NCBI GenBank assembly: GCA_016926395.1
Contig: JAFGOT010000014.1
Span: 1 to 64,000 of the forward strand
Length of the DNA: 64,000 nt
DNA from: Candidatus Woesearchaeota archaeon
GTDB lineage: Archaea; Nanobdellota; Nanobdellia; Woesearchaeales; SKGA01
Direction of reading: 5' to 3'
Shown: positions 38,986 through 47,582 of the stretch, piece by piece
How the letters are laid out: each line of letters opens with the position of its first letter
Position numbering within the stretch: the stretch's first letter is position 1
Notes under the pieces: model-generated
Told to the model about the DNA's origin: nothing
Database searches by the model: none
Seen by the model: only the letters and a program-made list of their open reading frames with translations
Program-made: the position numbers and the translations under genes

Positions 38986-39755
38986 ATGGATTTGCATATG
39001 TTTCAGCAATCAGTCTTGGATTCATATACTAGTAATTCTCAAAAAGCTCGAGTATTAACGGAAAATTGGTTTGCTTCTCAAATGTACTGTCCTTGTTGTT
39101 TGAAACCTAAGATTTCTGTTTACAATAATAATAAAAAAGTAAGTGACTTTTTTTGTGATTCTTGTAGAAATGATTTTCAATTAAAAAGTTCTAAAAACCG
39201 TTCGGGCGTAAAGTTTTAGATGGGGAGTATAATACTATGATTTCTGCTGTTGATTCGGGTTCATCTCCTAGCTTTTTTATTCTTCACTACTCTTCCGAGG
39301 ATTGGGTGGTTAAATCACTTTCTTTGATTCCTAAATTTTTTGTAACACATTCGATGATTGAAAAACGAAAACCTTTGTCTTCTACTGCTAGAAGAGCGGG
39401 TTGGACTGGTTGTAATTTTTTGTTAGACAAACTTCCTTTAGAGGGGAATATTCCTATTGTTATTAACGAGAAAATTCAAGATAAAACAAAAGTTAATGCA
39501 CTTTGGAATAAAATGTTTTTTATGAATTCTAAGAGACCTTCTTTTAGGGGTTGGACTTCTGATGTGCTGAAAGTTGTTCAAGAACAAGATTCGTCCTTTT
39601 CTTTATCCGACATTTATTTGTATGACTCCTACTTTAAAGAATTACATCCTGAAAATAATAATATTAGAGCGAAGATAAGGCAACAGTTACAAATTCTTAG
39701 AGATAATAAAATTATTAGATTTAAAGGAAATGGTATTTATGAGAAATTAAAATAA
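38986..39755 (+). pseudogene. dpnI: DpnI-like (Dam-replacing family) methyl-directed endonuclease, split by a one-base deletion
   Basis: YTSNSQKARVLTENW..MYCPCC..DFFC..C..FQLKS in one frame; PFGRKVLDGEYNTMI..RKPL..TARRAGWTGC..RGWT..KIRQQLQILRD in the next. One extra A in the A5 run at 39193-39197 joins them. Confidence 0.9.
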
Positions 39756-39760
39756 TGTTT

Positions 39761-40354
39761 TTAATCAAATAATCCTTTTATTCCGCTAACAATATCTTTA
39801 CCAACATCTGAAATTGTGTCTACAACATTGTTTACAACTTGTTTTACACTTTCGACAGCTTCTTTTACTTCTTCAACAATAAAATTTCTGACTATTTCTG
39901 TTAGTTCAATTTGTTGAGAAAAATGTTTTTTGATAAGAATTGGTTTTTCCATTATTATTATGTCGCCTTCCAGAGTTGCATAAGTTTTCTTCATAGTAAT
40001 AAGGTTTTTGGCAACTTCACTGCTCATGTGCCAATCTAATCTTTGACTAACTTTTATTATTGTCATATCCCGAGGTCTTAATGTTGTTTTACCTATTTCT
40101 CCTTCTGAACGATATTCATTAAAACTCACTGAATAGTCAACTCTTTTAGCAGATATTCTAAAAATGCTTGGATTGTAAACATAAACATCAGCATGAATTG
40201 TGAAGCCATCTAGAGAAACGTCTGTTATGTCTGTTATTTCCGTATTCTTAACTTCTATATTTTTTATTGATTGAATGTAAAATATTCCAAAACTAATTAA
40301 GATAATAGTTATTGGTATTAAAATACTAAAAATTATTGTTGTTGTTTTACTCAT
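39761..40354 (-). CDS. LEA_2/WHy-domain membrane protein
   Basis: N-terminal TM, then DVYVYNPSIFRISAKRVDYSV; probable ATG at 40354. Confidence 0.7.
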   Translation of the reverse strand: MSKTTTIIFSILIPITIILISFGIFYIQSIKNIEVKNTEITDITDVSLDGFTIHADVYVYNPSIFRISAKRVDYSVSFNEYRSEGEIGKTTLRPRDMTIIKVSQRLDWHMSSEVAKNLITMKKTYATLEGDIIIMEKPILIKKHFSQQIELTEIVRNFIVEEVKEAVESVKQVVNNVVDTISDVGKDIVSGIKGLFD

Positions 40355-41093
40355 CGGACATAAATCTCCAACCACTATTTTTTGGCTCTAGTTCTGCGTA
40401 TAGTTCTTGTCCCCACTCTTGGATATCCGTAAATGCTAAACCCGCATTTTTGTAAACCCAGTCAATTTCTTCAGAGATTTTTTTTACTGCTTGTTTATCA
40501 TCTGTTTTTATTGCTGATTCATAACTATTGGAGAAACCATTATTTGTGAAATTTATCGAACCTAGAAATGCGTGTTCATTATCTATGACATAAACTTTAG
40601 AATGAATTAAATATCCTCGCCCTCCATTTTCATCTTCTCTACTACTAAATATTTTTAGTTTGAATATTGGTTTGTATTTGTATTCGTTTGTTCTCATAGT
40701 AAAGAATATTATTGCTGATATTATTGCTCCTAAAACTAGAATTAATAATGCTGGTGCTGCGAAAGATAAAAATAACATAAACATACCTATTCCTGAGCTT
40801 ATCCAGAATCCGTTTTTTCGAGTTTGAACTTTTTGGTCATGGATGATTTGTTCTTGTTCTATAATTTCTGTAGGATCAAAACTATTATCTCTGTTATTTG
40901 CAAGATTATCAGATGTTATTAATGTAATTTTAACCCCTTTTTTGTGGAGTTTAATTAATTCTCTTATATAATTTGTCGACAAATATGGAGAAACTATTTT
41001 AACTTCTTTTTTGGCTCTTTGTATTACATTGAGGCAATGAGAACCCGCGTCTCGACCTAAGAAGATTGAACAGTTGGCTTTGTTTATGAACAT
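40347..41093 (-). CDS. Phospholipase D-like (single HKD) protein with inserted TM hairpin
   Basis: IQRAKKEVKIVSPYL...GVKITLIT; two TM helices; IHSKVYVID...GSINFT..G...SYE. Confidence 0.8.
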   Translation of the reverse strand: MFINKANCSIFLGRDAGSHCLNVIQRAKKEVKIVSPYLSTNYIRELIKLHKKGVKITLITSDNLANNRDNSFDPTEIIEQEQIIHDQKVQTRKNGFWISSGIGMFMLFLSFAAPALLILVLGAIISAIIFFTMRTNEYKYKPIFKLKIFSSREDENGGRGYLIHSKVYVIDNEHAFLGSINFTNNGFSNSYESAIKTDDKQAVKKISEEIDWVYKNAGLAFTDIQEWGQELYAELEPKNSGWRFMSDE

Positions 41094-41150
41094 ATGTGAA
41101 CTTTTGACTTTTCCTTATTTAAGGTTTTTGTTCAGAATGGGATAACCCCT

Positions 41151-41645
41151 TTAATAATCATCATCGGGGTAGAAGTCATCATCGTCTTGGAATTTGTTTA
41201 ATCTGAAATTGTTAATCTTTGGGATTATTGGAGGGATTATTGGTGGTAGTGGTTTGTTAAACGAGCTGTTGAATTTGTTATTAAATCCATCATCATAATC
41301 ATCATCGAACTGTTTATTTCCAAAATTAGTATTTATTGGTGGGATGTATGGTTTATTGTATGAGCTGTTAAATGAATCATGTAGATCTCTTCGTCTGTCT
41401 TCTTCCATTCTGTCAAACATTTCTTGTTGTTGTATTCTTTGTTCTTCTTTTCTGTCTAGTTCTCTTTGTCTTGCTTTTTCTTGTTGACCTTTAACTAAAT
41501 TATCGTATTCTCTGCAGGCTCCTTCCCATTGTTTAATAAAAAAATAACTACCTGCGCCTGTTCCTGGATGTCTTCCTGGTCCGCTTCTAAGAAGATTTCT
41601 TTGATATGGTGTCAAACCATCATCGTCATCATCAAAATAGCTCAT
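41151..41645 (-). CDS. Low-complexity, probably disordered hypothetical protein
   Basis: D-, N-, P- and Q-rich; internal repeat FNSS(Y/F)NKP..PP..NK..DDD. Confidence 0.55.
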   Translation of the reverse strand: MSYFDDDDDGLTPYQRNLLRSGPGRHPGTGAGSYFFIKQWEGACREYDNLVKGQQEKARQRELDRKEEQRIQQQEMFDRMEEDRRRDLHDSFNSSYNKPYIPPINTNFGNKQFDDDYDDGFNNKFNSSFNKPLPPIIPPIIPKINNFRLNKFQDDDDFYPDDDY

Positions 41646-41687
41646 AATAGACCTATTTGGTTTAGAATTTATAATATTTGTGTCTTT

Positions 41688-43898
41688 TTAAGGCTGATAC
41701 TTAAGCTCTTTCTTTGTGCCTGAGGCTTTGTTTGCTTTCTTCTTTTTCTCTATTTCTTTTGAGAAGTCGTGATTTTCATAATCTGGATACTTTGGCTCTT
41801 TTGTGCTTAGTCTTAATGCAATTTTTTTTATTGTGGATATTATTATTTTAAGAATAATTATAATCATAATTACTAAACTCACAACAGATATTATGGTTGC
41901 AACTTCCATTGTTGAATCATTCTCGTCAAGTCCTAAAACTCTAGCAATAAACTTTGTGACTTTTGCGTTGACTACGTTTGTTGCAACCATTGCCTTTTGA
42001 ACTGGTGTTAAGTTAACGAGCTTTGTGGTTTCTACTGCCTCAATTACTTGTCGCTCTCCATAACTATCAGTGTATTCTATTTCTATTACTATGTCATTTT
42101 CATTAAAACCAAGATTACTTCCTGCTAATGTAAATTCAAACTGTTTGTTTTCATCAAAAACAGGAAAATTCCATTCTTGAATAAATAGAGGATGTTTAAC
42201 TCTAACAATCGCATCCTTAGCCGAAGCAAATGATTCTTTATTTACTTGAATTGTTAATGCTTTTTGATCTTTAAATCCTATTGTGTCATCAATGCTAACA
42301 TTTCCTATACTCAGTTTTGCATTATCAATTGCTTTAAATGTTACATAAATATCTGCGCTAGTGCCTTTTTTGGTTTGGGTTAAAGTTAATGTTCTAACAC
42401 CTATTTTCTCAGCACTATAAGTAAATGTAACTTCATCATTTAGGTTTTCGATCTTTTTACAATTAACATCAAGACAGACACGAAGTGGAAGCTGTGCATC
42501 AAGGAAAGGAGAGCAGGTTATTTCAATAGTATCATTAATCATAACTTGACCAGGAGAAGAACAATAAACTTCAACAGGAATTTTTTGGTCTTCACTGATT
42601 AAAAATTGACTCATATAATTCTTGCCATAAATTTCTCCTCTATCAAGAACGGTAACTTTTGTCGTTGCTGGTCCTCCTTCAACATATGCTGTGAACGGAT
42701 ATGTATAAATCATGTATGGGTCAAGATTAGAGCTTGACTTGATTAAGAAAGGTATTGTCTTAACCTCATATGGTTCTAAAAAAATAAATTGTGTAAGTGG
42801 TCCTTCTTGTTCTATTTCTAAAGTGTTGGCCATCTGAACAAATTCAACAATATAATGGTTGGCAGTATTTTTAATCTCTAAATAAATAACATCATATGAT
42901 CCAAAACCAATTGCTTCCTCTTCAGCATAAAGACGAGTCTTTGTAGCTTTATCTTTGAAAGGTCCTGTTTTTATAACGTCTGTTGCGAATTCTAAACTTC
43001 CTGTGTTAACATCGTATGTGTCTTGTTGACCTTTATGAGAATACTTTATGCTATTGCTTGAACCATCAACATCTTTACGAAGAGAAATGTGACTTGCATC
43101 AACATAACCTAACTGTCTATATGTGATATCAAATGGAACCCAACCAACATCGGGGAAATAAACTTCAGCCCAACCATGATTGCCCCAAGGATAATCAAAC
43201 AAATCAGAATCAGTATATGCGACGCCTGAAACGAAACGAGCAGGAACGCCAAGTTCTCTGTTAAACGAGATGAACAAATTAGTTATTTCATCACAAACAC
43301 CCCGTCTCTCTTTCATAACCCACGAAGAAGGTTCATTAGCATCGGCAGTTACTGAACTAAGATTGTATTGAATGTTATCTTCAACCCAAGTTGCAAGAAA
43401 AAACTCAAGCTCAAACAAATCATCGATTCCATTTGCTAGATTACTTGCTTGTTGTCGGATATCATTATTAGAATCAATACTTTCTGTGAACTCAGTATAT
43501 TTAGCAACATCATTAGGGATGTCGGTTATTGGAAAAGGTATTTTTTTAGTTATTGGAGTTCTTGTTCCTTGAGTTTGAATTACAGATTCAATATTAAAAC
43601 CAATATAGTTCTTAGAATAACCCTCTTCTCTAAATGTTATTTTGTCATCTTCAATTTTATATGGTGTTGGTTTGAATGCAGAAGAAATAACTTCCTGACG
43701 ATACGTATTTTGAGGAACTAAATAAAGAGTAGAATCAAAATATTCCATAACAACAGGAATTTTAAGAGGAATGATGTTGATATCATTTTCAATAGTCTGC
43801 TTTAAGGTCATAGACTCATATTGAGTATATTCATTAGCACTTGCTAGAGAAATCAATAGTAAGAATATAATAAAAATAAACAAACCTCTTTTCATCAA
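41688..43898 (-). CDS. Secreted, C-terminally anchored transglutaminase-like protein
   Basis: GVCDEITNLF..LGVPARFVSG, HGWAEVYFPDVGWVPFDIT (Cys-His-Asp triad); signal peptide; C-terminal TM. Confidence 0.88.
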   Translation of the reverse strand: MMKRGLFIFIIFLLLISLASANEYTQYESMTLKQTIENDINIIPLKIPVVMEYFDSTLYLVPQNTYRQEVISSAFKPTPYKIEDDKITFREEGYSKNYIGFNIESVIQTQGTRTPITKKIPFPITDIPNDVAKYTEFTESIDSNNDIRQQASNLANGIDDLFELEFFLATWVEDNIQYNLSSVTADANEPSSWVMKERRGVCDEITNLFISFNRELGVPARFVSGVAYTDSDLFDYPWGNHGWAEVYFPDVGWVPFDITYRQLGYVDASHISLRKDVDGSSNSIKYSHKGQQDTYDVNTGSLEFATDVIKTGPFKDKATKTRLYAEEEAIGFGSYDVIYLEIKNTANHYIVEFVQMANTLEIEQEGPLTQFIFLEPYEVKTIPFLIKSSSNLDPYMIYTYPFTAYVEGGPATTKVTVLDRGEIYGKNYMSQFLISEDQKIPVEVYCSSPGQVMINDTIEITCSPFLDAQLPLRVCLDVNCKKIENLNDEVTFTYSAEKIGVRTLTLTQTKKGTSADIYVTFKAIDNAKLSIGNVSIDDTIGFKDQKALTIQVNKESFASAKDAIVRVKHPLFIQEWNFPVFDENKQFEFTLAGSNLGFNENDIVIEIEYTDSYGERQVIEAVETTKLVNLTPVQKAMVATNVVNAKVTKFIARVLGLDENDSTMEVATIISVVSLVIMIIIILKIIISTIKKIALRLSTKEPKYPDYENHDFSKEIEKKKKANKASGTKKELKYQP

Positions 43899-43944
43899 TC
43901 AAAAAAGAGGGATTTGACTTTAAAAACCTTATGTTAAACCAGTT

Positions 43945-44640
43945 TTAATCAAGAAGATTAATACCAACAAATTCACCGTCTGATGTGAATCTATCTATTT
44001 CTTTAAACTCTAAAGGTCCGTCACCTAGCATCTGAGCGGTGAAAAACTCAACATCTGGGTAAACTTTATCTTTAAGAGCTTCATCTCTGGTCATAAACAA
44101 ATTCTCTCCTTCTCTGTCCTTAGATTTTAACTCTCCAGATAATCCTGTTGCTAAGAAGAAGAATCCTATAACATGATGGGTTAATTCATTTGTTTCTTTA
44201 TCATAAGTTCTAAAATTAGTAATAAGACGAAGTTCAAATTTTTCTGCGCTCATTCCTGTTTCTTCAAGTAATTCTCTGGCTGCTTCTTCGGGCAGACGAG
44301 AACCAAATTCTACTTTTCCACCTGGAATTCCTACATAATTTAGAAATGGTTGTTTAGCACGACGATTCATAAGAAGTTTATCGCCATCTTTTCCAAGGAC
44401 AAAAGTGCAAACAATCGGTTTTTTCTTCTGGACAATATCAACACCATCAATGCTAGCAATTAAGTGTATGCCTTCGCTTGTAAGTTCGTAAATATCTTCG
44501 TTTTTCTTAACAATGTCCTCTTCAACAAGTTTGTTTAGATAATATGCAAACTTATTAGAAGGAACTTCATCTCGAAGCTTATTATAGCTCATGCCCTTAT
44601 TGTACATTAATTTTTTTAGTATTTGTTGTGATATGTCCAT
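43945..44640 (-). CDS. Winged-helix + Nudix hydrolase fusion
   Basis: N-terminal MSYNKL..SNKFAYYLNKLVEEDIV..YELT; Nudix box GGKVEFGSRLPEEAARELLEETG. Confidence 0.85.
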   Translation of the reverse strand: MDISQQILKKLMYNKGMSYNKLRDEVPSNKFAYYLNKLVEEDIVKKNEDIYELTSEGIHLIASIDGVDIVQKKKPIVCTFVLGKDGDKLLMNRRAKQPFLNYVGIPGGKVEFGSRLPEEAARELLEETGMSAEKFELRLITNFRTYDKETNELTHHVIGFFFLATGLSGELKSKDREGENLFMTRDEALKDKVYPDVEFFTAQMLGDGPLEFKEIDRFTSDGEFVGINLLD

Positions 44641-44760
44641 CTTAAAGTTAGAAAACACTAGCTAGTATAAAAAGATAAATGTCTAATAATTTTGACAAAG
44701 AATTACTAAACTTAAAAATCTATGGAAAGGTATAAAAACTACTAAAACAAGATTTTTTGT

Positions 44761-45438
44761 ATGGGGGCAATTGCAGGTATAGATGAGGCTGGTCGAGGAC
44801 CGGTTTTAGGGCCTATGGTTATGGCGATAGTAGCTTGCGAACCAAAAGACAAAATACTTTTACAAAAAATGGGTGTAAAAGACTCCAAACTCTTAACTCC
44901 TAAGAAAAGAAATGATTTATTTCGTTTAATACGAAAACACTTTGCTCATGCAATAATAAACGTTCCTGTGGATGAAATCGACAAACACGTTGATGGAAAA
45001 ACATCCTCCCTAAACAGACTTGAAGCAATAACAAGCGGGAAACTAATACGTCGAATATGTGAAAAAACTTCTGTTTCTAAAGTAATACTTGATCTTCCAA
45101 GTAAGAATAAAGAAAGCTACATAAAAGATGTGAGAGAAAAATTATCCTTTCCAGAAAATGCTATTCCTATAACTGCAGAATACAAGGCAGACCTTAATCA
45201 CATAGAAGTATCTGCTGCGTCAATTCTTGCAAAAGTAACAAGAGATAAAGCGCTTAAAACAATGGAGAAAAAAATAGGTGTGCAAATTGGTTCAGGATAC
45301 CCTGCAGATCCAAATACAATAAAATCATTGGATGAAAATTTTAAATTATTAGTTAAAGAAAAATTAGTTAGAATGAGTTGGAAGACTACAAAAGAACTAA
45401 TTGAAAAACATGCTCAAAGGAGACTTGGAGATTTTTAG
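44761..45438 (+). CDS. rnhB: Ribonuclease HII
   Basis: GIDEAGRGPVLGPMV, DSKLL, KAD..VSAASILAKVTRD, GSGYP.DP. Confidence 0.96.
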   Translation: MGAIAGIDEAGRGPVLGPMVMAIVACEPKDKILLQKMGVKDSKLLTPKKRNDLFRLIRKHFAHAIINVPVDEIDKHVDGKTSSLNRLEAITSGKLIRRICEKTSVSKVILDLPSKNKESYIKDVREKLSFPENAIPITAEYKADLNHIEVSAASILAKVTRDKALKTMEKKIGVQIGSGYPADPNTIKSLDENFKLLVKEKLVRMSWKTTKELIEKHAQRRLGDF

Positions 45439-46064
45439 TTTTGCTTTTTTCTAAAAATAAATATTATTGATAAAAATAAATATATTGCTACAGTGCTTAC
45501 TATATAATTTATTATTTGAAAAGAATATTTTCCTTCTTTAACTTCGGGTATTTTATTAGAACCAAGCATGACAAATGAAGATTTTGAATCAGCTTCTATT
45601 TTTAAAATAAGTTTTGTTGCTTTTTCTTCAGGTGTAACTTGAAATGTGCACCTTGCTTCATCTAGGACGTATTCATAATTAAATAATAATGACATTTCAC
45701 AAGGTATTGGAAAAACATTTAATTTGAATAATTTTAACTCAACATAAGGATAATTAAGATCTGTTAGAAAAACCACTTTATTTGCGATTTTAGTGGCGTT
45801 TTGATTAAGTTTCGTCCATATTTCTGTTTTCTGTTTTTCAAGACTAGAAACAATATCTGGATTAGGTTGAATTTCGATTTTGTCGTTGATTTGTTTTATT
45901 TCATTTATTTTTTCTGTAAATACTATTTGAGCATCAATATAATTTTTAATTATCGGAGGAAAAACCAAGAAAGATATTAAGAATAGAATAAAGAAAATCC
46001 CTGTAATTATTAATTTTAATTTAGTTGGCTTAAAAATTTCAATAATCTTTTTTTTAAAGCTCAT
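45435..46064 (-). CDS. Two-TM membrane protein with extracellular loop domain
   Basis: FKPTKLKLII N-terminal TM and a C-terminal TM. Confidence 0.6.
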   Translation of the reverse strand: MSFKKKIIEIFKPTKLKLIITGIFFILFLISFLVFPPIIKNYIDAQIVFTEKINEIKQINDKIEIQPNPDIVSSLEKQKTEIWTKLNQNATKIANKVVFLTDLNYPYVELKLFKLNVFPIPCEMSLLFNYEYVLDEARCTFQVTPEEKATKLILKIEADSKSSFVMLGSNKIPEVKEGKYSFQIINYIVSTVAIYLFLSIIFIFRKKQN

Positions 46065-46100
46065 AATAATTTTTTTGACATTGTAGATATTTAAATATAT

Positions 46101-47024
46101 TTAATTAAGAACAGAATTTATCGCATCAAATAACTCTTCTTGATTCTTTGCGTCATTAAGCATCAAACGTGCTTTTGATCCTCCTTCTATTCCTTTAGTG
46201 ACGTGCTGTGCCTGAAGCTTTTGATGAAGAAAAGGAATGTCGTATTCTTTTGCCAACTCAAGATAGCGTTTGAAAAGAACAGATCTCTTTTGATTTGTAA
46301 GAGGTTCATAATTGCCATTAGATAAAAAATCTTTAACTTGAGAAAACAAATAAGGATTACCTGAAGCGCCTCGACCAATTGCAACACCTGAAATATAATC
46401 TTTATCAAGTCTTTGTTTTGCAATCTCTGGAGAATTAATATCACCATTACCAATAATAGGAATAGAAACTTCTTTAGCAACATTTTTTATGACTTCCCAA
46501 TCTGCAAGACCACTGTAACCTTGCTTTTGAGTTCGACCATGAATTGTAATAAATGACGCGCCTGCTTTTTCAAGTTCTTTTGAAACAACTAATGCTTTGT
46601 CTGGCTTGTCAATACCTAAACGAATTTTAGCACTCACAGGAATTGAAACAGAATCAACAATTTCTCTAACGATTTCTCCGGCCAGTTTTGGATTTCCTGT
46701 TAATTCACAACCGGCACCAACATCCATAACTTTAGTTACTGGGCAACCCATATTAACATCAATAATATTACATTTACTTTCAACAAGACTTGCAGCTTTA
46801 GTCATTGAATCAGGTTTAGAACCAAAAAGTTGGATAGCAAAATTATTTTCATTACTAGCTTTTATTATTTGTTTCCAAGAATTTTCTTGATGACGAATTA
46901 AACCTTCTGCACTAGTTAATTCACTAACAGTCATATCTGCTCCATTCTCAACACAAAGAGAACGAAAAGCAACATCTGTAATACGTGCCATTGGTGCGAG
47001 ATTAACTTTATACTTAAAAGCCAT
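46101..47024 (-). CDS. dus: tRNA-dihydrouridine synthase (DusB-like)
   Basis: LAPMARITD, IQLFGS, IDVNMGCP, AKIRLG, IHGRT, IGNGDI, IGRGASGNP. Confidence 0.93.
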   Translation of the reverse strand: MAFKYKVNLAPMARITDVAFRSLCVENGADMTVSELTSAEGLIRHQENSWKQIIKASNENNFAIQLFGSKPDSMTKAASLVESKCNIIDVNMGCPVTKVMDVGAGCELTGNPKLAGEIVREIVDSVSIPVSAKIRLGIDKPDKALVVSKELEKAGASFITIHGRTQKQGYSGLADWEVIKNVAKEVSIPIIGNGDINSPEIAKQRLDKDYISGVAIGRGASGNPYLFSQVKDFLSNGNYEPLTNQKRSVLFKRYLELAKEYDIPFLHQKLQAQHVTKGIEGGSKARLMLNDAKNQEELFDAINSVLN

Positions 47025-47053
47025 AAAAAAAGAACTATTTTTTTTATTTATAA

Positions 47054-47234
47054 ATGCATCTTTTCACGCAAAAGCTGCACAAAATTGGTGGAGTAAATTT
47101 GGTAGCACAAAAAAGTTAGAATGAATATTAAAAAAGAAAAAGAAGCGAGGAAATGGCTCCTCGCTCTTTGGTGTGTTTTTAGATCAAAAGAGGGCGTGAG
47201 CTCTTTTGACCTGAGGGCAGGTGTGTGTGAGGTC
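47054..47234. repeat. Dispersed structured motif, copy 2, followed by two further hairpins
   Basis: Core 47054-47080 and GGTAGCAC at 47101-47108; stems AGCGAGG/CCTCGCT (47144-47165) and TCAAAAGAG/CTCTTTTGA (47184-47209). Confidence 0.7.
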
Positions 47235-47260
47235 GAAAAAAACAAAATTGTTTTTTATGA

Positions 47261-47434
47261 CTATAACTGAAAATCTCTATATCCTTTAAGAAATGCCACT
47301 TCGGCAGTTTCCAAAGCATCATCTTCAAGTAGTTGTTGGGCGTAATCTTCTTGATATATATCCAGAGCATCGCCCAGCTCTAAATACTCATCAAATTCTC
47401 TATCTAAATCTTGTTGCAACGTTTTTAGATTCAT
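47261..47434 (-). CDS. Small acidic protein (57 aa), paralogue of 53294-53446
   Basis: GGAGG RBS before ATG 47434; C-terminal EDDALETAEVAFLKGY motif. Confidence 0.7.
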   Translation of the reverse strand: MNLKTLQQDLDREFDEYLELGDALDIYQEDYAQQLLEDDALETAEVAFLKGYRDFQL

Positions 47435-47582
47435 TAAAACCCCCTCCACGAAGTATGTTAATTTGTTGTATAGTAATTATAGGTTGCTTTCTTTTTAAAT
47501 GGTGTTAAGAATAGTTACAGACTCTGTATCTGTATTTTTAATCCGTAAAGCTTAAAAGTCAATCATCATCTTACTTTTTCTT

